Below, piece by piece: positions 36,579-46,018 of a stretch of 64,000 nucleotides of DNA. Origin of the DNA: Myxococcota bacterium. Its GTDB lineage: Bacteria; Myxococcota_A; Polyangia; Nannocystales; Nannocystaceae. The stretch spans positions 14,526 to 78,525 of the forward strand of contig JBCCHT010000056.1 of assembly GCA_039028615.1 (NCBI GenBank), in the 5' to 3' direction. Position 1 is the first letter of the stretch, and each line of letters starts with the position of its first letter. The notes below the pieces were generated by a model. It searched no databases. It had not been told where the DNA came from and saw nothing but the letters and a program-made list of their open reading frames with translations. Both the position numbers and the translations under genes were made by a program.

Positions 36579-38543
36579 TCAGCCTGCGGCCAGGACCCCG
36601 GCGTCGTCGTCGGCAGGCGGCGGCTCGCGGCTCGTGCGGGGATCGGGCTCGTAGCCCGTCCCTGCCGTCAACATGCGCGCGATGGCGTCGAGCTGCCCCC
36701 CCGCCGCGGCGGCTTCGAGTCGCTCGACCCACGGCCCCAGCTCCAGGGCATCGACCGCCGCGGGTCGAGCCCGCAGGATGCCCTCGACCGCGGTCGGCTC
36801 GATGCCCTCGCCGGGGCAGACCAGGGCTTCGTGCAGCTTCTCGCCGCGGCGCAGCTGCGAAATCTCGATGGGGACTTCGTCCTCGGTGCGCCCGGACAAG
36901 CGAATCATCTGCCGCGCCAGCTCGAGGATGCGCACCGGCTCGCCCATGTCGAGCATGAACACCTCGCCGCCCTCGGCTGCCACCGCGGCCTGGATCACCA
37001 GCCGCACCGCCTCGGGGATGGTCATGAAGTAGCGGGTGGCATCGGGGTGGGTGACGGTGACCGGACCGCCGCGCTCGATCTGGCGGCGGAAGGTATGGAC
37101 CACCGATCCCTGCGAGCCGAGCACGTTGCCGAAGCGCACCGAGCAGGCACAGATGTCCGCCCCGCGCCCGCGCGCCTGGACCAGCAGCTCGGCCACCCGC
37201 TTGCTGGCTCCCATCACGCTGCGGGGTGCCACCGCCTTGTCGGTCGAGACCAACACGAAGCGCTCGACCCCCGCGGCCTCGGCCGCCTCGAGCACGACCC
37301 GGGTACCGCCGACGTTGTTGTCGATGGCCTCGGCCGGGTGCTGCTCCATCATCGGCACGTGCTTGAACGCGGCGGCATGGAACACGATGGACACGGGGTG
37401 CTCTCGAAGCAGCGCCGCCATCCCGGCCGCGTCGCGAACATCGAGCAACCGCGCCTCGAGGCCGACCGCGCTGCCCTCGGCCCGCAGCTCGGCCTCGATC
37501 TCGAACAGGCTGTTTTCGTGGTGGTCCACCATCACCAGCTCGCGCACGCCCAGGCGCAGCAGCTGGCGGCAGGTCTCGCGACCGATGGATCCCCCCGCCC
37601 CGGTCACCAGCACCGCCCGCCCGCCGAGCGCGGCTTGCATGCGGGCCCACCCGGCGGAGTCGAAGCGCTGCGCGTCGCGGCCGAGCAAGTCCTCGACCCG
37701 CAACGGACGGATGGCACTGATGCCCACCCGGCCCGTCACCACCTCGAACATGCTGGGCACGGTGCACACGGGGAAACCGGTCTCGCCGCAGCGCTCGGCC
37801 GCACGGCGTCGCTCGGCTCGCGAGGCCGTGTGCATGGTGAGGATGAACGCCTCGGCCTGGACCCGGGCGGCCAAGGCGGCCGCGTCACGCGTGGTCCCGA
37901 GCACGGGGAGGCCTTCGATGACCACGCCGTCGCCGACCTCGTCGTCGATGAACCCCACGACCTCGTAGCCGGCATCGGGTCGACTCCGCAGAGCCCGGGC
38001 TGCCTGCTGCCCCGCTCGACCCGCGCCCACGAGCAGCGCGCGAACCGGGGCCGACGACCGCTGCGACACCGCGTGCCGACGCTCGCGCTCCTCGTCCCAC
38101 CAACGCACCGCGATGCGAACCCCCGCGACGGCGACGAGACTGAACAGACCCTCGAGAACGATGACGCCCAGCGGCAAGACCCAGCCGGGGGTGAGCGTGG
38201 GCGCAACGAGTCGCCACGCCAACAGTACGCCCGTGCCGACGCCGACCGCACGCGCCAGCAACAACGCCTCGCGAAGGCCGAACAGCTGCCACCGAACGCG
38301 GCGCAAGCCCAGCGCCCGCGACAGCCCCAGACGCAACGCCACCACCGCGGGCACGACCACCGTCAGCTGGGCCGCGTACGCGTCGGGCGGCCAGCCCTCG
38401 AAACGCACGCAGTACGCCCCGAGCCCGGCCAGGATCAGCGCCACCACGTCGACCGCGCCCCGCAGCCATCGTCCCCGGACCGCAGGGCGCGTGCCCGCGG
38501 CGGGGAGGGTCGAGGAGCCGACCGGTGGAGCAGGCGAGGTCAC
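36579..38543 (-). CDS. Membrane-bound UDP-GlcNAc 4,6-dehydratase (PglF/CapD/WbpM family)
   Basis: 4 N-terminal TMs, GAGRAG, EDLLGRD, TGAGGSIG, FHAAAFKHVP, STDKAV, MGASKR, RFGNVLGS, RYFMTIPEA. Confidence 0.92.
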   Translation of the reverse strand: MTSPAPPVGSSTLPAAGTRPAVRGRWLRGAVDVVALILAGLGAYCVRFEGWPPDAYAAQLTVVVPAVVALRLGLSRALGLRRVRWQLFGLREALLLARAVGVGTGVLLAWRLVAPTLTPGWVLPLGVIVLEGLFSLVAVAGVRIAVRWWDEERERRHAVSQRSSAPVRALLVGAGRAGQQAARALRSRPDAGYEVVGFIDDEVGDGVVIEGLPVLGTTRDAAALAARVQAEAFILTMHTASRAERRRAAERCGETGFPVCTVPSMFEVVTGRVGISAIRPLRVEDLLGRDAQRFDSAGWARMQAALGGRAVLVTGAGGSIGRETCRQLLRLGVRELVMVDHHENSLFEIEAELRAEGSAVGLEARLLDVRDAAGMAALLREHPVSIVFHAAAFKHVPMMEQHPAEAIDNNVGGTRVVLEAAEAAGVERFVLVSTDKAVAPRSVMGASKRVAELLVQARGRGADICACSVRFGNVLGSQGSVVHTFRRQIERGGPVTVTHPDATRYFMTIPEAVRLVIQAAVAAEGGEVFMLDMGEPVRILELARQMIRLSGRTEDEVPIEISQLRRGEKLHEALVCPGEGIEPTAVEGILRARPAAVDALELGPWVERLEAAAAGGQLDAIARMLTAGTGYEPDPRTSREPPPADDDAGVLAAG

Positions 38544-38691
38544 GGAGCGCTCGGCGGTCGCCGGGGTACGGGCGACCGTGGTATTTCCGAAGGCTCATGG
38601 TCCCCCGGACCCGGGTACTGTCCCACGACCCCGTCACGGTGAAAACCGTGTCCACGGCCGACACCGAGGCTCGAATCGGCATATGCGGATA

Positions 38692-39786
38692 ATGCGCTTC
38701 AACGTCGGCGCCGTGCTGGGACTCGGATTGGCCCTGGTCCTGGTCGCCTGCGCGGCGGGACGGTTTCGCTTCGACAAGCGAGCCCAGGCCGAAGACGTGG
38801 AGATGCGCGATCTCGAGGATCTGCTCGGTGAAGGCGATGACGTGGCCGTCGATCGGCAGCAGCTCGAGCGCCCGCCACCCGAGCCTCCCCCGCCCTACCG
38901 CCTCGGCAAGCGCGACGTCCTCAACATCTACGTGATGGACCACCCCGAGATGAGCTCGCAGCGGGTGAACCTCGGGGAGCTCGCGGGCACCACCGTGCAG
39001 GACGACGGCATGGTGCACCTGCCCGTCCTGGGCGCGATCGAGGCCGAGGCGCTGACGCTGGAGGAGCTTCGGCTTCGGCTGGTGACCGAGGCGGCCAAGT
39101 ACATCGTCGACCCGCAGGTCACGGTCGAGATGCTGACCTATGCGTCACAGCGCTTCTTCGTGCTCGGCCGCGTGCGACAGCCCGGCGTGTTCGCGTCCGA
39201 CGGCACCACCACCCTGCTCGATGCGCTCGCGCTGGCGGGCGGCGCCGCCGATGATGCCGATCTCGAGGGCGCCTCGGTGGTGCGAGCCGGGAGCTTGCTG
39301 GCCATCAATGTCGCCGACGTGGTCCACCGCGGCGACCTGAGCCGCAACGTCCACCTGCGGGCAGGCGACCTGATCTACGTGCCCGACGACACGGGGCAGC
39401 AGGTCTACGTGCTGGGCGAGGTGCTGCGCCCCGGGGTCGTGCCGATGCGTCACGGCCAGCTGAGCCTCGCCGAGGCCCTCGCCGCGACGGGAGGGCCGAC
39501 CCCCGCCCGGGCTCGTCGCGAGCTGGCCGTGCTGCGCGGGGGCCATGCCCGACCCATCGTCTACACCCTCGAGCTCGAAGAGGCGCTGCTCGTCGACGAG
39601 CGCGTGTCGCTGCGCCCCGGCGATCGAGTCGTGGTGGCGCCCACCGGGCTGTCGACGGCGAGCCGCTACATGCAGCAGCTACTGCCCTTCTTGCTCGCGG
39701 GCCAAGCCGCGGGCATCGCCGCGCAAGGAGCCACCAATGCCGCCAATACGGCGACGGCGGTCGGCAACAACGGCGGCGGCGGCTGA
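38692..39786 (+). CDS. Polysaccharide export outer-membrane lipoprotein (Wza/OPX-like)
   Basis: Lipobox LVA-C, YRLGKRDVLNIYV, DGMVHLPVLG, two SLBB domains (VLGRVRQPG, VLGEVLRPG), C-terminal amphipathic helix. Confidence 0.88.
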   Translation: MRFNVGAVLGLGLALVLVACAAGRFRFDKRAQAEDVEMRDLEDLLGEGDDVAVDRQQLERPPPEPPPPYRLGKRDVLNIYVMDHPEMSSQRVNLGELAGTTVQDDGMVHLPVLGAIEAEALTLEELRLRLVTEAAKYIVDPQVTVEMLTYASQRFFVLGRVRQPGVFASDGTTTLLDALALAGGAADDADLEGASVVRAGSLLAINVADVVHRGDLSRNVHLRAGDLIYVPDDTGQQVYVLGEVLRPGVVPMRHGQLSLAEALAATGGPTPARARRELAVLRGGHARPIVYTLELEEALLVDERVSLRPGDRVVVAPTGLSTASRYMQQLLPFLLAGQAAGIAAQGATNAANTATAVGNNGGGG

Positions 39787-39787
39787 G

Positions 39788-40801
39788 CTACGACGGGCCG
39801 GCCTCGTCGTCCGCCCACCACTGCACGATCTGCTCGAGCACGGCCGGATCGTTCATCAGGGCGATGTGCGAGGTCTGGTCGAAGACCCGGTGCTTCGCGT
39901 TCGGCAACAGGCCCGGCTCGAGGGTGCCGAAGCCCTTGCCCTGGGCGCTGGGCGAGCGCACCAAGCCGTCGCCGATGAGCCACCCCCACTTGCCCTTGGG
40001 CTGCCCGACCGTCCCCGCGGCGATGAACCAGCGCACGTGATCGGGCATCGAGGCGGGCCGCGGCTTGCGAAGGGCTAGCTCGTCGACGTCCCGGTTGCGC
40101 CAGTCCTCGTCGAGCACGAAGCCGTGGCGCAGGTCTTTGATGCCCGCGCTGCGCAGGTTGAGGAGCTTGCCGATGATCTTGGTCCAGGGGTTCCAGACCG
40201 CCTCGAGGGTGAAGGCGGCCACGTGCACCAGCTGCTCGAGCGGCGCCCCGTGGCTCGGCGCTCCGAGCAGGAACACCCGCGAGAGCATGCCGACCCAGGT
40301 ATGGCCGGCCTCCATGCCGTAGTGCACCGCGCTGCGCGTGACCAGCCCGCCCATGCTGTGGGCCACGATCGACAGCTGCTGCAGCCCGGGCCACGCCTGC
40401 ACCAGCGCTTCGAGGCGCTCGGCCAGCTCGCGCCCGTTGACCGAGATGTGTCGCCCCGTGTTGTAGCGGGCGTAGATCGGCGTGGCCTGCCGCGCGTCGG
40501 CCAGCGCCTCACCGAACTCGGCCGTGTCGTCGCCTCGCGCGAAGCTCCATGCGTGGTCCGTGCCCATCAGTCCGTGCACCAGCACGCAGGCCGAAGGCCC
40601 CGTCCCGACCGGTGCCTCGGGGGGATGGGAGAGCGGCGTTCGATCGCCCCGGCACAGCGTCATCTCGATGGCGAGCGGAGACCCGGCCGTTTCGAGGTGA
40701 TCGCCGAACAGACCATTGAGCACGCCTCGTGCCTCCAGTTTGCGCTCGGGCAACGACGCCCACAGGCGCTGCGCCAACGCGACGGCTTCCGCGGTGTTCA
40801 T
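39788..40801 (-). CDS. Alpha/beta hydrolase (PGAP1/lipase-like)
   Basis: LVHGLM, YNTGRHIS, nucleophile elbow AHSMGG, LGAPSHGAPLE, GDGLV, H.ALM. Confidence 0.85.
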   Translation of the reverse strand: MNTAEAVALAQRLWASLPERKLEARGVLNGLFGDHLETAGSPLAIEMTLCRGDRTPLSHPPEAPVGTGPSACVLVHGLMGTDHAWSFARGDDTAEFGEALADARQATPIYARYNTGRHISVNGRELAERLEALVQAWPGLQQLSIVAHSMGGLVTRSAVHYGMEAGHTWVGMLSRVFLLGAPSHGAPLEQLVHVAAFTLEAVWNPWTKIIGKLLNLRSAGIKDLRHGFVLDEDWRNRDVDELALRKPRPASMPDHVRWFIAAGTVGQPKGKWGWLIGDGLVRSPSAQGKGFGTLEPGLLPNAKHRVFDQTSHIALMNDPAVLEQIVQWWADDEAGPS

Positions 40802-40824
40802 CCGCCCCTACCCTACCGCATACG

Positions 40825-40855
40825 AAAAAGCCCCGAACGCGAGGCGCTCGGGGCT
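40825..40855 (-). terminator. Rho-independent terminator of the helicase gene
   Basis: Minus strand reads AGCCCCGAGCGC-CTC-GCGTTCGGGGCT followed by TTTT, about 25 nt after the helicase stop. Confidence 0.75.
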
Positions 40856-40878
40856 CTTCCGTGCTCGGACGGGAAGGA

Positions 40879-42198
40879 CTACTTGCGGGCCGCGCTGCGA
40901 CCACGACCTCGGCCACGGCCGCGCCCCCCGGAGGGACGTCGCGAGCCGTCGCCGCCTCCGGGTCGCCCGCGGCGAGCACTCGGCTTGCGCGAACCACCGC
41001 CGCCGCCGGAGCGGCGCTTGGCGGGCGGCCGATGCCGTGCCTCCAGGTCGGTCATGGGCGGCGGAGCGGCGCTCGGCGGGAACTGGTGGTCCTCGACGCG
41101 CTGCATGTGCTGCCCCACCAGTCGCTCGATGTCGATGAGGTAGTCGCGCTCCTCGATGTCGCACAGGGACATCGCGATGCCCGAGGCCCCCGCCCGCGCC
41201 GTCCGTCCGATGCGGTGCACGTAGGTCTCGGGCACGTTCGGCAGGTCGAAGTTCACCACGTGGCTCACCCCTTCGACGTCGATGCCCCGGGCGGCGATGT
41301 CGGTGGCGACCAAGACCTCGAGGTCGCCGTTCTTGAACCCCTCGAGCGCCCGCGTGCGCGCGCCTTGGGACTTGTTGCCGTGGATCGCCGCCGCCCGAAC
41401 GCCGCCCTTGTCGAGGAACTGCGCGACCCGGTTGGCACCGTGCTTGGTGCGGCTGAAGACCAGCGAGCGCGAGACCGAGGGATCGGAGACCAGACCCAGC
41501 AGCAGCTTGCGCTTGTTGGTCTTGTCCACGAAATACAGGCGCTGCTCGATCTTGTCGGCCGGCTTGGACACGGTGGCCACCGCGACGTCGACCGGATCGT
41601 TGAGCAGCTTGGCGGCCAAGCGCCGGATCTCGGGCGGCATGGTGGCCGAGAACAGCAGGTTCTGACGCTTGGTCGGCAGCGCGGAGATGATGCGCTCGAC
41701 GTCGGGCAAAAAGCCCATGTCGAGCATGTGGTCGGCTTCGTCGAGGACCAGCGTGTCGACGTTGTCGAGCCGGACGTGGCCCTGACCCATGAGGTCGAGC
41801 AGGCGACCGGGCGTGGCCACGAGCACGTCGATGCCACGGCGAAGCTCGCGGATCTGGGGCTTGTCGCTGACGCCACCGAAGATCACGGTGTGCCAGACCT
41901 CGAGATGAGCGCTGTAGGTCGCGAAGCTCTCGCCGATCTGCGCCGCGAGCTCGCGGGTGGGCGAGAGCACCAGGGCGCGCACCACCGGGTCGTCAGAGGC
42001 CTGGGCGTCGATGCGTTGCAGCACGGGCAACGCGAACGCGGCCGTCTTGCCGGTCCCGGTCTGGGCGCAGCCTACGATGTCCCGGCCGGCGAGGGCGGGC
42101 TCGATCGTGGCGCGTTGAATGGGGGTGGGCTCGCGGTAACCCGCGTCGTGCACTGCCTTCAAAAGCGGCGGGGCGAGGCCCATATCGTCGAAACTCAC
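40879..42198 (-). CDS. DEAD-box RNA helicase (RhlE-like)
   Basis: Q motif [44 protein letters not shown], Arg/Gly-rich tail. Confidence 0.95.
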   Translation of the reverse strand: MSFDDMGLAPPLLKAVHDAGYREPTPIQRATIEPALAGRDIVGCAQTGTGKTAAFALPVLQRIDAQASDDPVVRALVLSPTRELAAQIGESFATYSAHLEVWHTVIFGGVSDKPQIRELRRGIDVLVATPGRLLDLMGQGHVRLDNVDTLVLDEADHMLDMGFLPDVERIISALPTKRQNLLFSATMPPEIRRLAAKLLNDPVDVAVATVSKPADKIEQRLYFVDKTNKRKLLLGLVSDPSVSRSLVFSRTKHGANRVAQFLDKGGVRAAAIHGNKSQGARTRALEGFKNGDLEVLVATDIAARGIDVEGVSHVVNFDLPNVPETYVHRIGRTARAGASGIAMSLCDIEERDYLIDIERLVGQHMQRVEDHQFPPSAAPPPMTDLEARHRPPAKRRSGGGGGSRKPSARRGRPGGGDGSRRPSGGRGRGRGRGRSAARK

Positions 42199-42307
42199 GG
42201 AGCGGGGATTGGCATGGGACCGGGGGGAATGCAAATCCCGCGTCGTGCGCCACGTGCGCTACACGGCGGTTTCGCCGGTGAGCCCGTGCTCGCTCACGCC
42301 CGAGGCC

Positions 42308-42931
42308 TCAGCTGCGACCCCGCAGCCGTTCGAGCAGCGTGGCCACGTCCGACTCGAAGAACAGCGCAATTGGGATCACGAGCGTGAAGTAGCGAGATTC
42401 GCGGGGGTGCAAGGCAGCACACACCAGCCCCACCAAGAGCATGGCGCTGGAGATGTACTTCGGGGGCGGCTTGCAGTCGGGAGCGGCGCGTCGAGACACG
42501 ACGATCGCCAGCGCGAGCAACATGAGGTCCGCGGCGAGGGCCACGGTGACATAGAGCCGGTCGACCAAGGTCGCGATGCCCACGCTGCCCTGCGGCACGG
42601 ACACGGTCGTGGTGGCCACGCCCATGTTCACGACGCCGCCGTAGTCGAACACCAACGAGGTCGCGCGCGGCATCAGGCACGCGAGCATCATGATGATGGC
42701 GCTCAGCGCCAGCGTGCCGCGAGTCGGAGTCTCGAGCGCCGCGTTGATCCGGCGGTGGTGCACCCAGAACGAAAACAGGATGGCGAACGCGATGACGTAC
42801 TCGACGAGCATCTCCCCGAAGATGCGGACCGAGACCTCGCCCCCGAGTTCGTCGGGGATCTCCAACGCCAAGATCGTGATGGCGATGGCGTAGACCGCAT
42901 CGATGAACGCACCCAGGGCTTCCTTGGTCAT
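42308..42931 (-). CDS. TMEM175 (DUF1211) family membrane protein
   Basis: AFIDAVYAIAITILALEI and FWVHHRR; about 5-6 TM helices. Confidence 0.75.
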   Translation of the reverse strand: MTKEALGAFIDAVYAIAITILALEIPDELGGEVSVRIFGEMLVEYVIAFAILFSFWVHHRRINAALETPTRGTLALSAIIMMLACLMPRATSLVFDYGGVVNMGVATTTVSVPQGSVGIATLVDRLYVTVALAADLMLLALAIVVSRRAAPDCKPPPKYISSAMLLVGLVCAALHPRESRYFTLVIPIALFFESDVATLLERLRGRS

Positions 42932-42982
42932 GAAGTGCCGGCTTCACGATAGCCCGACCGCGCCCGTGATGGCGCCTGCAAA

Positions 42983-43789
42983 TCAGGCGCTCGCCGGCCG
43001 ACGGGTGAGCGCGACCTCGTCGTACTCCCCGATCGTCGCGAACCCGAGCCGCTCGTAGCAGGCGATCGCGGAAACGTTGTCCGCCTTGACGTTCAACCCG
43101 ATGAGCTCGACCTCGCGATAGAGCCCACGGCACAGCGCGGCCGTGACCCGTCGCGCCAGGCCTCGGCCTCGACACTCGGGCGCGGTGGTGATGTTGCCCA
43201 GCGCGGCCACGCCATAGCGCGGGGAGAACACATGCACCCCGGCCACGCTGACCAGGGACCCCGCCTGCCACAGGCCGACGTAGTGACCCGTCTGCAGCAT
43301 GCGAGCATCGAACCAGTTGCCGGGATAGGCCCGAGCATAAAACGCCTGGATCTCGTCGAGCTGCTCGCCGTGCAAAGGCTGCACCTGCTCCGTGTCGACG
43401 TCGTCGAGCCGGGCGCGATGCCGATGCACCATCTTCAAGTGGCGACCATGGGGCTCGGCCGACCACGCGCTGCCAAAACGACCGAGCAGCCCCGGGCTGA
43501 GGTGGGCGTAGATCGGCGAGGGCAAGCGCTCGAGCATCGCGTCGACCAGGTCCCGCCGCGCGCCGCCGTCCGGGCCCCCGAGGGCCAGCAGCGTGGGCAA
43601 CGTGGTGCCCGTATAGAGCAAGGCCAACGCGCTCAGCTCACCGCGTTCATCCCGCAGACCGAGCCAGGTGGTGTGCGGCCAGAAGAACGGATCGAGATCG
43701 CCGAGCTCGTACAAATGAAGCGCCGGGTCCCGACGCACGAAGCGTTCGATCTCCGCCTTGTCGTCGACCCGGATCGCCTGCCGCGGCAT
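42983..43789 (-). CDS. GNAT family N-acetyltransferase (FR47-like C-terminus)
   Basis: LVSVAGVH, GNITTAPECRGRGLA, LNVKADNVSAIACYERLGF. Confidence 0.88.
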   Translation of the reverse strand: MPRQAIRVDDKAEIERFVRRDPALHLYELGDLDPFFWPHTTWLGLRDERGELSALALLYTGTTLPTLLALGGPDGGARRDLVDAMLERLPSPIYAHLSPGLLGRFGSAWSAEPHGRHLKMVHRHRARLDDVDTEQVQPLHGEQLDEIQAFYARAYPGNWFDARMLQTGHYVGLWQAGSLVSVAGVHVFSPRYGVAALGNITTAPECRGRGLARRVTAALCRGLYREVELIGLNVKADNVSAIACYERLGFATIGEYDEVALTRRPASA

Positions 43790-43826
43790 CGGGGGCAACG
43801 TACCCCAGCGCTGCCGCGGCCACGAA

Positions 43827-44159
43827 TCAGACGATGATCAACAGCAGAGCGAGCAGCAGGCCGCCCGACAAGATCGTGGAGGTGATGGAACCGACGTAGA
43901 ACACCGTGCTCATGAAGGTCGCGACCTTCAGGCCCGTGCTCTGCCGCGTGGCGAGCATGCGAAGCAATGCCAAGCGAGCGGCCCGCAACGAACCCACCCC
44001 CACCAGCGACAGCAAGAAGACCATCAACAGCGCGTAGCCGATGGAGAACAGGGCCATGGCGCTACTTCCGCCACAGGCCATCGCGGCTGGGCTCCAGGCC
44101 AAGACCCCGGCTGCGGTCGCCATCGCCAATGCACGCGGGTGTCCCGTGGGGTGTTCCAT
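43827..44159 (-). CDS. Small hypothetical membrane protein
   Basis: Signal-like N-terminus ending AMA-C and two hydrophobic helices; fills the gap between neighbouring genes. Confidence 0.55.
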   Translation of the reverse strand: MEHPTGHPRALAMATAAGVLAWSPAAMACGGSSAMALFSIGYALLMVFLLSLVGVGSLRAARLALLRMLATRQSTGLKVATFMSTVFYVGSITSTILSGGLLLALLLIIV

Positions 44160-44240
44160 CGCAGGATAGAGACGAACGACCCCCGGGTTTGGTTCCCTTC
44201 GATCCGCACTTTGCTCGGGCTCGCCGCCCGGGCCCCGAAC

Positions 44241-44960
44241 ATGCGAAAACAAATGGCCGTGCTCGAGTGGTTGCGACGACGACGCGCAGGGGCCGATCCC
44301 ATCGAGCTGCGCCCGCGAGATTGCCACTGCCACGTGATCCCCGGGGTCGACGACGGCAGCCGCGACATGGCCGAGTCGATGGCCATGCTCCGCCTGCTGC
44401 ACGACGCGGGAGCCGAGCACGTCATCGCCACGCCCCACATCCTGCCCGGTCGATTCGACAACGAGCCCGACGACCTGCGCCGGGCCTTCGACGCCCTCGC
44501 GGATGCTGCCCAGCGCCTCGCCATCCCCGTTCGCCTGGAGCTGGGCGCCGAGCACTACCTCGGCGAAGCGCTGCAGCAGCGGGTGCACGACGACTCGGTG
44601 ATCGCGTTTGGCCCGGAGCGCTACGTGCTGTTCGAGACCCCCACCTGCCCCGAGCCTCCCGTGGGCCTGCGGCAGCTGGTCTACGCGCTGGTCGACCGCG
44701 GCTACACCCCGCTCATCGCTCACGTCGAGCGCTACCCGTACCTGCGAGACGAAGGCGGCGAGGAACTCGTCGAAGACCTACGCGCGGCCGGGGCCCGCTT
44801 CCAGGTCAACCGCACCGTCGGCGGCGCCAACCGACCGGGGTACGGCACACGAGGTCGCTTCATCGCCTGGCTCCGCGAGTGCGACTTCATCGACGAAGTC
44901 GGTAGCGACCTGCACCGCGCCACCCCCGAAGGCCGCCCCTACGCCCGCGCGGCCGGCTAG
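44241..44960 (+). CDS. PHP-family tyrosine-protein phosphatase (CpsB/CapC/YwqE-like)
   Basis: DCHCHVIPGVDDGS, IATPH, GAE, IAHVERY, QVN, GSDLH. Confidence 0.88.
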   Translation: MRKQMAVLEWLRRRRAGADPIELRPRDCHCHVIPGVDDGSRDMAESMAMLRLLHDAGAEHVIATPHILPGRFDNEPDDLRRAFDALADAAQRLAIPVRLELGAEHYLGEALQQRVHDDSVIAFGPERYVLFETPTCPEPPVGLRQLVYALVDRGYTPLIAHVERYPYLRDEGGEELVEDLRAAGARFQVNRTVGGANRPGYGTRGRFIAWLRECDFIDEVGSDLHRATPEGRPYARAAG

Positions 44961-44964
44961 AGTC

Positions 44965-45942
44965 CTACGCGTTGGCCTCGAGCCAGGCCTTGATCCCCGA
45001 GTGGAGCCGGGGGTGGTGTTGCTGCATGTAGCCGAGGTCCGTGGTTTGCCACTCGGTGGGCGCGTCGCGCCCTTCGAGGGCGGCTTCGATCTGCGCCCAC
45101 ACATCGGCGGGCACAGGCCGATCACTCGCGCCCCCGAGGTTCGCCTCGGCCGGATCGATCGCCCAACGATAGAGCGTCTTGCCGTCGCGATCGATGGCGA
45201 TGACGGCGGGCTGCGACATCCCGTGCGGGTAGGCGGTGGCGTCGGCGGCCAGCGGGGTCTGCTCGCGTGGGGTGATGGCGACATCGAAGCGACGCGCCAG
45301 GGTCAACGAGGGATCGGAGACGACGCCGAAGGGCAGCGCCCAGTCCCGTGCCGCCGCCCGTGCGCCCTCGGGGCTCTGAGCCGTCACCGCGAAGAGCTCT
45401 CCGCCGCGCGCCCGCACCCGCTGCACGAACTCGCCGCCGAGATCCTTCAGGTAGCCTTGGCACCACGGGCACCAGTCGCCGCGGAAGAACACCAGCACGG
45501 TCAGCGGCCGCGCCTGAACTTCGGCGTCGAGCCAGTCGGCGGCGACTTGGGCCGACCAGTGGTCGTCCGCCCGGGCAATCTGCCCCGCCTCGTCGCCCTG
45601 CTCGTTCCATTGCTCGAGGGTGTTCGTGCCGCCCTCGTTGTAAAAGAGGAACAGACGGCCCCCGACGATCTTGAAGGTGCGGGGATCGGCCGGAGCCCGC
45701 CCCCCTTCGGCCCCCATCGCGAAGGCACAGAATCCGCCGTACTCGGGGAGGTAGCGCAGGGGTTCGGCGAGGAAGGCCTCGCGCTCCGCCTCATCGTAGA
45801 AGTGATAGGTCGCGCCACCAAACTGCGCAAAAATCGCAGGATCGCCGCGGCGGACCTGGCCCTGGGTGTGGTAGCTGACGGGGCTGTAGCCTTCGAGTCC
45901 AATGCCGCTCTCGGGACGGTTGGTGTGCTTTTGCGTCTGCAT
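44965..45942 (-). CDS. YHS-domain protein fused to a peroxiredoxin-like (AhpC/TSA, redoxin) domain
   Basis: N-terminal GYSPVSY...GATYHF...P..YLPEYGGFCAFAM...DP..FKIVGGRLFL; C-terminal VFFRGDWCPWC, LPFGVVSDP, QPAVIAID. Confidence 0.78.
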   Translation of the reverse strand: MQTQKHTNRPESGIGLEGYSPVSYHTQGQVRRGDPAIFAQFGGATYHFYDEAEREAFLAEPLRYLPEYGGFCAFAMGAEGGRAPADPRTFKIVGGRLFLFYNEGGTNTLEQWNEQGDEAGQIARADDHWSAQVAADWLDAEVQARPLTVLVFFRGDWCPWCQGYLKDLGGEFVQRVRARGGELFAVTAQSPEGARAAARDWALPFGVVSDPSLTLARRFDVAITPREQTPLAADATAYPHGMSQPAVIAIDRDGKTLYRWAIDPAEANLGGASDRPVPADVWAQIEAALEGRDAPTEWQTTDLGYMQQHHPRLHSGIKAWLEANA

Positions 45943-46003
45943 CGTGCTGCCAAGCTAGGCGGCACCCGGGGCCCGCGGTAGGCGACATGCGCGTCTATCA
46001 TTT

Positions 46004-46018
46004 ATGCTCGAATGGCAT
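46004..46018. promoter_or_regulatory. LysR-type T-N11-A binding box
   Basis: Interrupted palindrome ATGC-N7-GCAT overlapping the LysR start, between divergent genes. Confidence 0.6.

Noticed and set aside
44965..45942. Selenocysteine recoding in the YHS/redoxin gene
   Set aside because: The ORF is uninterrupted and the relevant positions are Cys codons; there is no in-frame TGA.
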